A DNA stretch of 64,000 bases. It comes from Octopus sinensis. Taxonomy: Eukaryota. The translations under genes and the position numbers were made by a program. The stretch covers positions 32,178,001 through 32,242,000 of the forward strand of contig NC_042999.1 of the NCBI RefSeq assembly GCF_006345805.1, given 5' to 3'. This document shows, piece after piece, positions 41,328 to 55,045 of this stretch. Numbering within the stretch: the stretch's first letter is position 1; every line of letters begins with the position of its first letter. The notes under the pieces were generated by a model. The model searched no databases. It worked only from the letters and a program-made list of their open reading frames with translations, and had not been told where the DNA came from.

Positions 41328-43639
41328 ACACACACACACACAATATATATATATATATATATAATATATATATATATATTATATATTTATATATTGGAGA
41401 TTTCAGTTTAATTACTATTACATACACATGCAAGCACAGACGCACACACATTCGCACACACACAGGAAATCATGTATGCATACAACCTATACAGTAGATA
41501 TATATAGACAGGAAAGTTTAGCGATTTCTTCATAGATTGAACAGCTTTAATCGCTTTTCGAAACTTATTTTCTTCTGATCAGGGACGTCTGCATAATGCT
41601 TCACTTTTAATTAAATATCATCGGGATGTCCGTCCCCCTAGTAACGATGTACGATATAATATATGTAACCTATGAATTTGATATATAAATTGAACACGCA
41701 CACACATACACACACAAATGCGAGTGCGTGCATGTGTATGCGTGTGCTCGCGTTCAAGTCTGTGTTAGTGTGTGTGTACGTTTCCACTTGATTGGTTATA
41801 ATAATAGTACTTCTCATCATGCATCTTGGCCAGTGGATGAATAGTATCTTCCTGCAATTAGTAAATTTCCTTTGGGTTTCACTCCACCCACGGCCGAAAC
41901 ACACATGATAGCTAGATATCTGAAAAAGCTTTGAACATGCCAGTTTATCAACCATGCATATCAGGATATTTTTAAAACTCAGCTCAACCGCATCAGATCA
42001 TAGACGACAAACTGAAGCACACATAATATGTTAATATTTTGCTCGAAATTAAAATATGGGTCTCAATATATATACTGTGTACAAGAACAAGACTTTCAGA
42101 ACTTGAAATTTCTCCAATGAAATAGCTCATACTCACAACTAAAGCTTTCACCCAGCACATCTAAAAACATACAAACATCACTAGTTACAGATAACGTTAC
42201 TCGCACTTATCCCCAAAACAATATCAAGACATTACTTCTTAACTTCTTCAACCTTACTTCAATCACCTGGAAAAATGGCTCGGCAACCGACATAAATTAC
42301 TGCTTGTATGTCGACAGTGGTGACACAATGTCAGTACAAGTTTTATTATATGTAATATTACTGAAGAAACTTAGCGACGCATTAAATACTTCATATACAA
42401 TTTTCAATAAAATTAATATAATTGCTGTATATTGCATAGTCATTGCGAGCAAACCAGCTCGTAATAATAATAGTTTTGCTTCCAGGCCCAGACAATAAAT
42501 AATAAGGAAGATCATTAAAGGTTCTCTATTGGCCTAAATTAGATTTGTATTTGCCTGATTAGCTACAATATATGAAACTGATATTTGGTTTATATAGTAT
42601 TAATTTCAGTTGAGCTATTAACAATAACGAATTGGATGCCAGTAGTGATGCAGTAGTGTTGCAGAGCTGATTAAAGCAGCTGCAGTAGTTTTACTTGCAT
42701 TTCAGTTTCTTTGGTTAACGTTTATGTTATTTTGTCATCTGTTCTTCTATTTCAAACGTCCTTTGCTGACACACATTTAAAGAAATGTCCGTCATTTATA
42801 AAATAAATGTATTGCCATATCTACAATGAATTTTTCAAATTTGATGTCTGTAAACCCAACCGATTTTACGATGTCTATTTTGGGGTCAATTAAAGGCACC
42901 ACCTGCAGTCATTTATCTGAAATATTGGGAGTACCTCCCAATATTTCAGATAAATGTTTTCGGTATAAAGATTTACAATTTATCATCTACAAAGCGAGAT
43001 CATGTAAAATATGTCGGAATAAGAATTTTATATGTGTAATGTGTTGAATATTGACATTTTATTCCTGTTTATGTGCATTTAAGAAACGCATCTTGTAGAA
43101 AATTTGCACAGTTAAAATAACTTTGCAATACATCTGTTTGAACCTCGTTGTACATTATAAAGGAAAGGAAATATATGCTAAGGTAAATATATATACATCA
43201 TAATATTAATCAAGAGATTCACTGAAATATTTAATATTTTATTGTTTCACTGCCATTTAAGTGTATCCGTAAAAGTTTCGAAAGACCTCACACCAACACA
43301 TACACACACTTACACACCCACACATACACACATACACACAGACACAGACATATCTATGTACTTTGGAAACACGTATTATCGCAAATATACATTATTTGCA
43401 ATATATAGTATATTCAACAACCTCCTAGTACATAACTTGTAAACAACATTGTACGTAAAAATATTCCATACTTCTATATGTGAATATAGTGCGGGAGTTC
43501 TTCTCAATGTCTGTATATGCATTTACATGTAGAATGATATATCATCCAAACAAACATACAAATATTTCATTCGTATATCGACATAGAGAGCGATCTTATT
43601 TTTAATATATATCATGCAAAAGTTACTGAACAATTAAGG

Positions 43640-43876
<237 letters not shown>

Positions 43877-43898
43877 TATATAATATATATATATATAT

Positions 43899-46549
43899 AT
43901 CACCTTGATCACCTTGACCGACCAGTCCGCCAGGCGTCCATTTGACACCGCTGGTCACAGCACGCTGTCCACTCCTCTCTGGATCGCAACTTTCTCATCC
44001 ACGTAATCCCAATCGCCCTCCTGAAATCGTAACTCCACCGTCGTGGAGGTCTTCCGGGTGATCTTTTCCGCTCTCGTGTGTACCACTCGACAACTGCGTG
44101 CGTCCACCGATTATCGGTGAGCCGGGCGACGTGTCCAGCCCATCTATACTTGCTGCGTGTATACTCTGCAATGACATCTCTCACGCCGGACTTCTTTCTG
44201 ATGGTCTCGCTACTTATGTGCTCTCTCAACGAGATACCAAGCATTGACATTTCCATGGCTTCTTGAGCCGTTACCAGTCTTTGCTCTTCTCTCTTTGTGG
44301 TAGCCCATGTTTCACTACCATATAACATTGCAGGCAGAACTGCACTGTTAATGAGGTTGGCGCGGGTGTTCCTGTCCAACCGTCCCTTGAGCATATCCCT
44401 TATGCCATTGAACGCCTTCCACATGGCCCTTACTCTCCGTGAGATATCCTTTTCGATATCTCAGCACATATTTACTTCCTGTTCCAGGTAGACGTATTCC
44501 CTTATTTCCTCTCTTTCATCACTGCCGATCTCCATTCGACCTGTGGGTACGTTGTCTGACCGCATGAACTTTGTTTTGATGCGGTTCATCTTGAGACCTA
44601 CTGCAGAGCTTTTGATGACGAGCTCCGCCAGCATGGTCTGAAGCTGATCCGTGTTTTCAGCGATGAGTACAATGTCGTCAGTGAAACGGAGGTGGGTGAG
44701 AACTTCGCCATTGATGTTGACACCACTTTGCCAGTCGATGCCTCTGATGATCTGTTCGAGACATGCAGTGAAAGGTTTTGGGGAGATTGTATCTCCTTGC
44801 TTCACTCCCTTCTCGACCGGCACTCGTAAGGGTGATGACAGTAGAGCTATGTCGGTGGTGCATCCGGAATTTGCCTCTCTGAGCAGCTGCACATATTGCG
44901 CTTCGACTCCTTGCCTCTGCAGCGAGTTCAGCACTGCGTTGGTTTCGACGCTATCGAAGGCCTTCTCATAATCTATAAACACAACGCGAAGAGACAGCTT
45001 GTACTCATTTGCTCGCTCAAACAGTTGCGTTAGAGTAAATATATGGTCCATTGTGTTGTAGTTCTTCGGGAAGCCTGCTTGTTCCCTCGGTTGTTGTTTG
45101 TCGAGACGACGTGACAACCTGTTCAGAATTATCTTCGTGAACAGCTTGTACACGTGAGACAGCAGGCATATGGGTCGGTAGTTCTTTAGATCTTCTCTGT
45201 CGCCCTTCTTATACAGCAGGATGGTATTTTACTCTTTCCACTGCAAGGGAATTCTTCCCTCGTCTAGATAGTGCGTAAATCGCCCAGCGAGGATTTTCCA
45301 GAGCTGCTCTCTGCCTGATTTTAGCACTTCCGATGTTATACCGTCTTTCCTTGGAGCCTTTCCGTTTTTCATCGAGCCGATTGCTCTTTCAACCTCACTG
45401 AGAAGGATAGGTGGCACGTTTTCTTCCTGTTGGAGTAGTGGTAACGGCTGGACATTTCTGGTAGACTTAAAGAGCTAGATGTAGAAATCTTAGCAAACTT
45501 TTTCCATTTCGCTCTTCTCGTTGACCGGTATTCCATCTGTATTTTTCAGGGCCGTCACTTCCGATCTATATAGTACCATGTCCCTCTTGCATTTCTTGAG
45601 GCTCTTCTTTTCCTCTGCGACCTTCAAGAGCTTCTCCATCCGGTATGCCTCAAAGTCTTTCTTTAGTTGCTGACGAATCACTCTGCTGAGAATGGAATAT
45701 TCAAGGTGATTTTCAATAGTCCCCTTCATATTTTTCCTCTTCTCGAGTAACTTCGTAGTTTCTTCCGAGATTCTTCCCTTCTTTTCTTTTGGGCATACAC
45801 CCTTAGCCTTCCTTAAACACTCCTTCAGTTTCCCTATCAGTGAATTGTAGTCAACGTCTATGTCGTCTCCTTGGCACCAGTCTTCCTGCATGATGGCTTC
45901 CTGCAGCTTTGCCTCGTTGTAGACTCAGACACATTTTCCATTCGACGCCAAATATAGCGTCATCTTCTCTCTCTTCCCACCGATGACGACCCTCACCCTC
46001 ACCAGACGTTGATCGCTGTCGGTGTTGAATGGCGCCACGACGGAAACGTCATGTAATATGCGTCGCTTATCAACCAGGATGTAGACGATCTCGCTTCGGT
46101 GCATAGAGTTCGGTGATATCCAAGTCCATTTCTTCCTCTCCCTCTTCCTGAATAGGCTGTTTCCGATGTAGAGCTGCCTCGCCTCTGTCATGGTAGCCAA
46201 ACGTTTTCCTCTCTCATTTCTCTCTCCCATGCCAAATCTCCCGACGTACTGCTCTCCTTGTCGTCCATGTCCAACCTTTGTGTTGAAGTCTCCCGTCGAG
46301 GGTCGCTTCTTGCCACTTCATAACATCACGGATTGGTGTACTAAATGTGCACCTCTCAGGGAAGACCACCCTCAAGATTGTCCAGACCTATGCTCCCACA
46401 AGTGCCAGCGACGACGACGGGGTGGAAGAATTCTATCGACAACTAGACAAAGGGCTGGCTATGAAGTTCACTTGCACTGTCGTGATGGGAGACTTCAACG
46501 CAAAAGTCGTACATGGACGACAAGGAGAGGAGTAAATCGGGAGATCTGG

Positions 46550-46550
<1 letters not shown>
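43899..46550 (-). mobile_element. Decayed RTE-clade LINE (RTE-1-like) with inverted 5' segment (~46310-46550 on plus strand)
   Basis: Minus: GDFNTKVG..GERNERG (APE), REQAGF, FIDYEKAFDSVE, GVKQGDTISP, LRFTDDIVL, LYGSETW, WAGHVAR; tail (caaggtgat)2; plus 46347-46535: IVQTYAPT..VMGDFNAK. Confidence 0.9.
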
Positions 46551-46621
<71 letters not shown>

Positions 46622-47526
46622 TACAGTTGCGGCCAAAATGTTCAGAATGGCATTGTTTTCGCCAGAAAAGTTGAGTTAAAATTCTGGGGGTTTTTTCCGG
46701 GGTGGGAAAATTGCCTTTTGCTAAAGGCGAGCCAACTGTACCTACACCACATTGTACATTAATTTTTCTGTATAGATTAAGAACGCAGGTAAATATTTTT
46801 CAAGTGGTAGATGTACACACATTTGAGATAAGCAGAAACTATGAAACTGAGGAGTCTCACCATATTCGCATACACGTGTACTACAAATACACATCCTTTA
46901 TGGACGTTATACGTGGTTATACTTTGATTTGTAACCTACTGCTAGCAGTTAAGGTGAGTCCAAAGGTATAACGGTAAGTAATGTAGTTCGCAAAGATCGC
47001 TAGAAATTGGAAAATTCAAACCAGCTTCTCTACACTTGTGTCTTGTGATGCACATCAGAGATAATCATGTTCATAGATCATAGAAAATCATGTTGTGTCC
47101 TTAACTTACTCACTCGTTTATTAACACGCATTGACTGGAAGATCTAATTTTTGCTGCATTCTAGTGAGGATATTTATTGAAGGAAAGTTAGAAAGATATT
47201 AGCTTTCAATGTAAATACGAAACTATTCAAACTATATTAGGTTTCCCTAGACAAGTATAAGAAAATTTGCATAGAATTTTTATACGATATTAAGACAAGG
47301 TACTGAAGCAATATTCGTAAGAGAATAATGAGATAGTTGTGCGAAAAATGTGTTGTCTATAACAAAACATTACACAATTATGCATACGTACACACGCACA
47401 CACACACACACATATATGTATATATAGGGACACGCAAACACATACATATATGTCTATACACACATGTGTTTATACATATATTGACAGATACACAAATGCA
47501 AACAATACACATATACATACATACAC

Positions 47527-47597
<71 letters not shown>

Positions 47598-49461
47598 ATA
47601 TATATATACATACACATATATATATATACATACATACATACGTACATACGTACATACCTACATGAATATACATGCACACATATATCCATATATATATTCA
47701 ATATATTCGGGTATGATTTTGCAAGCTATATTGTGATCAATGTACTATTATTGAGGTAAATTATCTTCTAGATTATATTGGATATGATTCAGAAAGCGCA
47801 TTGAATCTGTAATATCTAAACCCCATAGAAAATGCTAATCTTCTGAGTCGACACTATGTTCACAGAAGAGATTGATGGATTTAACAACCGTGGGTACTGG
47901 AGGTTTAACTTTTAATTTTGCGTAGAAATATCTGTAAGATATCATATATGTTGCTAGGTAAATACGAAAACATCTCTAACCTATTCTGTTTTCTCAATAC
48001 TTTGAGTCCTTGAGAATTTTGAAAATGTCCCTTTTCATGTGTCCACTTCATCAGTCTCAGCCTCAACTGCATGAGATACCGGTTAAATTCTTGCAAAAAA
48101 AGTGTTCACTGGCTTGTTGTCGTTTTTGTTGCTGTTGTTCTTGAGGGAGAAATATAGTGAGAGTGTGAGAGAAAGAGAGAGAGAGAGTGTGTGCATGTGT
48201 GTGTGGGTATGTGTGTGTGTATGTACGTGTGTCTGTGTGTGTGACATCTAGTTATACTAGTGTGACCATAGTAACTAACAAAAAGATATTGAACTAATAT
48301 ATCCCCCCTTCTCTCGAATATATATATTAGATAATTTTTGCTATACCGTTTGAACGCTATAATTTGAATGACATGCAGTTCGCGAATACCACTACCCCTT
48401 TTCTACTTACCTATATAATATAATACCTGGTCTCAGATATGCATATCTTTTCCTATAAGCATTATGTTTATAACCGATAATGGATTTCTATAGGTCAAAC
48501 ACCTCTCTTGACTCTCAAGAGTCTACCAAACTCTTGTTATTGGTTTTAATTATAAGCGTTGCCATAACCCTTATTTTGCTTTGTGTAATTTCTGAGTTCT
48601 TTTCTGTATTTTTGTTTTAGTGTGCAACTAATTCTGAGCATCCTGATAATTGTATGATCCATATTATTGCTGTTGGTAATTGTGAATTATTATTGGTTTT
48701 ATATCGATATTTTCATAATTTATATAATATCACATATACCATTTAGCTAATATTATCTACTACGTCGTTATTGTCACCATTCTCTCTGGTTATAACCCTG
48801 AACCCCTAATTAAATTTCTTCTCCCTCAATTGAGTTTCAAATAAATTTTTGGGAAATTCTTATTAAATGCTTAATTGCTGTATGTGCCCAATTTCTTAAT
48901 TTCCTCTACAACCGAAATCGGAATCTAATGAAGCTGTCAGAAAGCAAAGCAAATGTAATAAGTAGAATGAATATCAGGGATACCTAATTACATTATCAAC
49001 TCAAACATTATCCTACAGGGAGATAAAAATAAAAATACTTGGCTCTTTTTTATACCCCAACCACTAACATGCTCACTAAGCGCCTTGAGGCTGTAAATCT
49101 TTTGAACACTCTACCCACAGACGAATCGTTTAATGCTAATCCAAGTTGTGCTATTTCTTTCACTCAAAGCTAGCTTCAGCTAGAATGACGTTCGACTGAC
49201 CACTGTGGTAAAGCGCTGTTCTTATGTTGTTTTGAAATGTTATGTATCATCTGAAGTAAGCGTTTAGTTTTTCAACTATTTTGCCATGTAAACATTAACC
49301 TGTTAAAGAAATCTGCTGGAAGCAGTTATAATGAGCTCACGCGTATTCATCATTTTGTTATTAATCTACTTGTGTAAACGTATTCACACATACAAACAGA
49401 CACACACTCACACATACATATATATGTAAGTAATATATATATGTATATATATACATATATA

Positions 49462-49516
<55 letters not shown>

Positions 49517-50613
49517 ATTTGTAGGTATGTACACACATAAGAGCAAAGCTAATTATAAACCTTGTTTAAAGAAATGCAATAAAATACCTAATAAGCATTT
49601 GGGATATTAACGTTATAGTGTTATATACAAAGACTTTTTGATAGGGTAGTGTTAGAAATCGTTGTTATAGTTTCAATATTAATTTACATGCGATGTGTAA
49701 ATATATATTGTTTTCTTTTTAATGCTCAAGTGGGAAATTAACTTTTAGAGAATTCAAGAGCAACACATACAGTGGTTTAACATGTAAACTAAATGAAGAT
49801 GATAACCATTGAACATCTCAACTTGCTCTCCTATTATTTTGTTCAACCCCCTCTAGATTTTGTGTATACCCCTTGGTAAGAAACATTTTTGGCTCTTTCA
49901 AAACTGTATCTATTTGGATAATTGCAAGCAAAATCATGGCGTAAAATATTACGAGTAGGGTTTTTTCTATCAACAGAGGATTGCATTACACTGCAAACTT
50001 TATACGAATGTTAATTAAGAGTATTCTTATAGTCACTAGCAATGGCCTAATTGTAATTTATAGTCTTATTATGATTAATTTTAGACTAGAGCGCAAAGTT
50101 AATTGTTCGGCTAAAATATTTTGTTATGGCTGTAGGTACTTTAGAACCAAAACCCGTATGGGCATTGAACCATTATAGTAAGAACAGCCATCATTTTTTA
50201 TATCATTTTACCCCATAATTATTAAGAGACATCGATCCCCCATAAGCGGGCAATATTTAGACAGGTCTCTCAAAGATGCCCTTATTCCATCTCAGGACTC
50301 GTATATAGCGTTACTATAGACAAAGCTAATGTTTCGATAAGACATACGCTCAGGTGTAATTTTTTTTAAATATAATATTAAGTTTAAATGAAATATTGAA
50401 TTTCTAAATCTCTCGTAGAGACATGTGCGGTGGTGGGGCGATAGAATGGTTGTATACTGTCAATCTAACAAGAACGTGACAGTAGGGGGTACACCACCAT
50501 TGTATAGCCCTAGGAGGCATCGAACGCCTCCTGACAGCTTCGACACATTTTTCCCTGTGTCCTTATATACATATACGAAGGGGAGACAAACACCCCCAAC
50601 CGCCGGAACTGCA

Positions 50614-50659
50614 TCTATGGACACCGTGTTTCAGGATCATTGTCCTTCGTCGGCCTAGA
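50614..50659 (-). ncRNA. Variant type I hammerhead-like motif (CCGACGA core)
   Basis: Minus: tctagg CCGACGA agga-caatga-tcct GAAA cacggtg TC cataga; stem I 5 of 6 pairs. Confidence 0.55.
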
Positions 50660-50978
50660 GTAGCAGACACCGGTCGGCTGGTGATATTTGCCTGGACTTC
50701 GTATCTGTATATATGTAAACTCAGTGAAGTCTATTCACTGATTATCAAAATAAGAAATATTGAATTTCTAAATCTCTCGTAGAGACATGTACGGTGGTGG
50801 GGCGATAGAATGGTTGTATACTGTCAATCTAACAAGAATGTGACAGTAGTGGGTATACCACCGTTGTATAGCCCTAGGAGGCATCGAACGCCTCCTGATA
50901 GCTTCGACACATTTTTTCCCTGTGTCCTTATATACATATACGAAGGGGAGACAAACACCCCCAACCGCCGGAACCGCA

Positions 50979-51025
50979 TCTATAGGACACCGTGTTTCAG
51001 GATCATTGTCCTTCATCGGCCTAGA
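50979..51025 (-). ncRNA. Variant type I hammerhead-like motif (CCGATGA core)
   Basis: Minus: tctagg CCGATGA agga-caatga-tcct GAAA cacggtg TC ctataga; stem I register imperfect. Confidence 0.5.
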
Positions 51026-51919
51026 GATGCCTCCTAGGGCTATACAACGGTGGTGTACCCCCTACTGTCACGTTCTTGTTAGATTGACAGTATACACCCA
51101 TTCTAAGTTTAAAGAATCTACTGATAATAACACTTTTAATATAAAAACGAAGAGTGACACCCCACATATGTTCTTATTGAATCAATTTGTATTATATAAA
51201 TTGTTTCTGAATTAGGAAATCAGGTTTCGAAGTTCTCAAATCCCTAACCGGAATTAGGTATCAAGAAGCATTTAGAGGATTAAACAATCACCTAATAATC
51301 TTTATTATTTCTGTTAAGATAGGTAATCCATTCGTTGCTTAGCAAAACACCAGTAATCACTTAATTACTAAGAGCAGCAACAACAAATATGGAACGGATT
51401 TAAAAGCTTGCATAAAAGAAAATTTATTATGAACTTAGTGAACTTAAACGGAAACTAGATATAGAAGACAGAACTAAACTGAGCAGGACTATACCTCTTC
51501 GCTTTAATCGAAACGATCGCAAGAATGATTTCTTCGTTAAAACTGAATCACGCATAATTGCTTTCGGAAATCTAATCTCGCCCGTACGGATAAAACTATT
51601 TTAGGTGTAATATGAGTGACGTCATAACTATGTATATATCTCTCTCTGTGAGCAGCATCTATGTATTTCAATAGTCAATTTTGGTATATATTGTCTACAC
51701 ATACATAAGTATTATGCCGGTTTTATTTTTCAATCAGCTCAATGATCAATTGCGTTCGATTGGATTGTCTGTAACTCCGTACATTTTACGCATGCATACA
51801 TGCACACACATATGCACTCAAACACACACAGCCACATACACACTCATACTACACACACACACACACTCAAATATATATACATGCATGCATACGTACATAC
51901 ACACACACACATATATTTA

Positions 51920-52313
51920 GCAGTGGCTGTGTGGTAAGTACCTTGCTTACCAACCACATTGTTCTTGGGTTCAGATCCACTGCGTGGCATCTTGGGCAAG
52001 TGTCTTATACTATAGCTTCGGGCCGACCAAAGCCTTGTGAGTGGATTTGATAGACGAAAACTGAAAGAAACCCGTCGCGCATATGTGTATATGTGTGTGT
52101 ATGTTTGTGTGTGTGTGTTTGTGTGTCGGTGTTTTCCCTCCCCCAACATCGCTTGACAACCAAGGCTTCTGTGTTTCCGTACCCGTAACTTAGCGATAGA
52201 ATAATTACTAGGCTTACAAACAATAAGTGCTGGGGGCGATTTGCTCGACTAAAGGCGATGCTCCAGCATGTCCGTACTCCAATGAATGAAACAAATAAAA
52301 GAGTAAAAGAGAA
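51920..52313 (+). mobile_element. Uninterrupted tRNA-derived SINE (first family)
   Basis: A-box-like tggctgtgtgg, B-box-like gggttcagatcc, body and aaaagag tail collinear with 261-295 plus 5723-6130. Confidence 0.85.
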
Positions 52314-53182
52314 TATATATATATATAAATATATAGATGAATGGATGGATGGACGGATAGACAGACAGCTACTTATATACTTGGATGTGCTTGTGTTTGT
52401 AAATCAATGTACACACACGTTTAACTTATCTTTCTAAATAAGTGGGGAAATACTTTATTCGAGATAAAGAGAACATGTATTTATTTTAGATATTTTATAA
52501 GGAAAACGTGCGGACACGAGAACCGGCGCATATTTGCGCAATGGTATGTAAGGAATAAGAAGCATGAGGGACACTAAAGTTTGACAAAATTAGGCGTCGG
52601 TGTATGGTAAGAAAATATGGCACCGATAAAGGGGAGTAGGAAATGAGAAAAAACCTAACCACTAGAAAGAAAGAAAGATTCAAAAATTTATGAACGATGC
52701 AAATTCTATTATTTTCTGAAACAACGAATCACGAAGAATTTGAATGTCAGTATAGCGCAGGTGTCTTAGTAAGGAGAGCAGATGAAATAATGCCGTGTGT
52801 CATGGATGTGGAAACTTATGCATACAGGGTAGAAGGGTACGCAAAATGAAAGATTGATATGTTTACGTCGAAGCAATTGACTAAACGATCAGTTAACTCT
52901 GAAACGCCGAGGTCCTGGAAGACTTCATAATTGATTTAGCATATTCTTTTGATCGATCTATAAACAAAGTTGTGTGTGAGGTTATTACGTGTTCAAATAT
53001 GTGTGAGGCGTATAGGAACCAGTGAAAAGGCATTCACTGTGTTTTATCATAGAGTAAATCTATCTCCTCTTCAACCACATAAACTGGACAGGGCGCGCTG
53101 CGACCTGATAACGTGATTAGGAGGATAATTTTTTAAATCCTAGCATTTTGGAAACAATATTTCTCTAAATACATATTTTTAT

Positions 53183-53208
53183 ATATCTATCTATCTATCT
53201 ATCTATCC

Positions 53209-53282
<74 letters not shown>

Positions 53283-53290
53283 TTATCTAC
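53183..53290. repeat. (ATCT)n tetranucleotide microsatellite
   Basis: Direct reading. Confidence 0.95.
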
Positions 53291-53393
53291 CTCATATATC
53301 TATCTATCTATGTATATATATATACACATACATATATATACATAGCAAAGATGTAACGGGGATGTCAAGGTAATGGGGCATTACAACCGTTTC

Positions 53394-53590
53394 AGGCGGC
53401 TCCATTTGATAGGAAAATGCAAACATTACATCAAATTGAAATATACCATCTTCGGTTGCATACTATAGGTTTTCAACATAGAGGGCATTCCATTATCTTG
53501 TTTGTTGAAAATCTATATTCAGCATCCAAAGCTGGCAGGGTATTTCAAATTGATGTAATGCCTTCATTGCTCGATTAAATGGAGCCGCCT
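53394..53590. mobile_element. Small MITE-like inverted-repeat element
   Basis: aggcggctccattt / aaatggagccgcct (14 bp IR) and inner IR cattacatcaaattgaaata / tatttcaaattgatgtaatg. Confidence 0.6.
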
Positions 53591-53992
53591 AAAATTAAGT
53601 ACCCAATTCAACTGAATATTAATTATATCTTAACTCGTCAATCATACTCATATATTTACATACATACAATATAATACACATATACATATGCGTGTGTGTG
53701 TGTGTCATTGTGTGTGTGTGTCTGTGATTGTGTGTGTGTGTGTATGATACCAACCTGGGATATCAGTTTTATGGGGCTGTACCTACATGTGCCGATAAAT
53801 GTAGTAATAATAAGATTTATCTATGGATTGAAATTATGGATAACGAATGGATACGATATTTCCGGTTACTGTGGATAATATAGACTGTACTGTAATAATC
53901 CCAGGTCTAAAAAATCGCGTGATATGTGGAAACGAGCGTAGCAATGCAATAAAATATTTACAAATTCCATCAATAGATTATTATTATTATTA

Positions 53993-54044
<52 letters not shown>

Positions 54045-54078
54045 ATTATTATTATTGTTATCATTATTATCATTATTA

Positions 54079-54158
<80 letters not shown>

Positions 54159-54161
<3 letters not shown>

Positions 54162-54686
54162 TAGTTTTATTTTTATAGCGTGCTTTCACTTCACTACCGA
54201 GCGCAGCTTTGTGTGCCTTGGGTATGTGCTGTGATTTGTTGTGATTCTCTGATGGTTCTTGTATGGAAAGTGTTCTGCGTAGGATGTGTGCAGTGCCTAG
54301 TAGTGCAATTTTCTGTATGTTATATGTGTTTGTAAGTCCTGGTGTTTTTGTTATGTATTTGTCTGAATATTTTTTTATCATGCCTAATGCACCTACTATG
54401 ATAGGAATTGTTTCTGTTTTCAGATTCCACATTCTAGTTACCTCTATTTCCAGGTCTTTGTATTTTAAGAGTTCCTCCATTTCTTTTAGAGACACCTTGT
54501 CATCAGCCGGTATTGATACATCAATTAAAAATCATTTTTTTTCTTCATGATCTCTGACAACTATATCTGGTCTGTTGGCCTTAATTTCTCTATCTGTGTG
54601 TATCGGCATATCCCAGAGTATGGCTGCTTTCTCGTTTTCTGTGACCTTTTCTGGTGTGTGCCTATACCATCTTTTTTCTGTTGTTT
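54159..54686 (-). mobile_element. R4/Dong family B 3' fragment in (ATT)n
   Basis: KYKDLEIEVTRMWNLKTETIPIIVGALG; nucleotide sequence nearly collinear with 18888-19420. Confidence 0.9.
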
Positions 54687-54706
54687 TATTATTATTATTT
54701 TTTCTG

Positions 54707-54781
<75 letters not shown>

Positions 54782-54784
<3 letters not shown>

Positions 54785-54913
54785 TAGTTTTATTTTTATA
54801 ACGTGCTTTCACTTCACTACCGAGCGCAGCTCTGTGTACCTTGGGTATGTGCTGTGATTTGTTGTGATGCTCTGATGGTTATTGTATGGAACGTGTTCTG
54901 CGTAGGTTGTGTG
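54782..54913 (-). mobile_element. R4/Dong family B, very short 3'-end copy in (ATT)n
   Basis: cagtagttttatttttata..gtgctttcacttcactaccgagcgcagc...; same 3' terminus as 54159. Confidence 0.85.
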
Positions 54914-54958
54914 ATTATTATTATTATTATCATTATTATTATTATTATATTATTATTA

Positions 54959-55033
<75 letters not shown>

Positions 55034-55045
55034 TCTATATATATA

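Larger units (their letters stand above)
50391..51105 (-). mobile_element. Penelope-like pLTR array, second family: two direct copies plus a short inverted segment
   Basis: 50391-50660 and 50755-51026 (364 bp period); 51027-51105 is the reverse complement of the internal block tagaatgg...ctaggaggcat; hammerhead-like motif at the end of each copy. Confidence 0.65.

Noticed and set aside
42130-43140. Possible very old LINE remnants (HLEKWL- and RYGNTF-like fragments)
   Set aside because: Too short and degenerate to assign without a profile search.
50391-51105. CRISPR-like or regulatory repeat array
   Set aside because: The units are ~270 bp with no repeat-spacer pattern, and the context is eukaryotic; better explained as Penelope-like terminal repeats.
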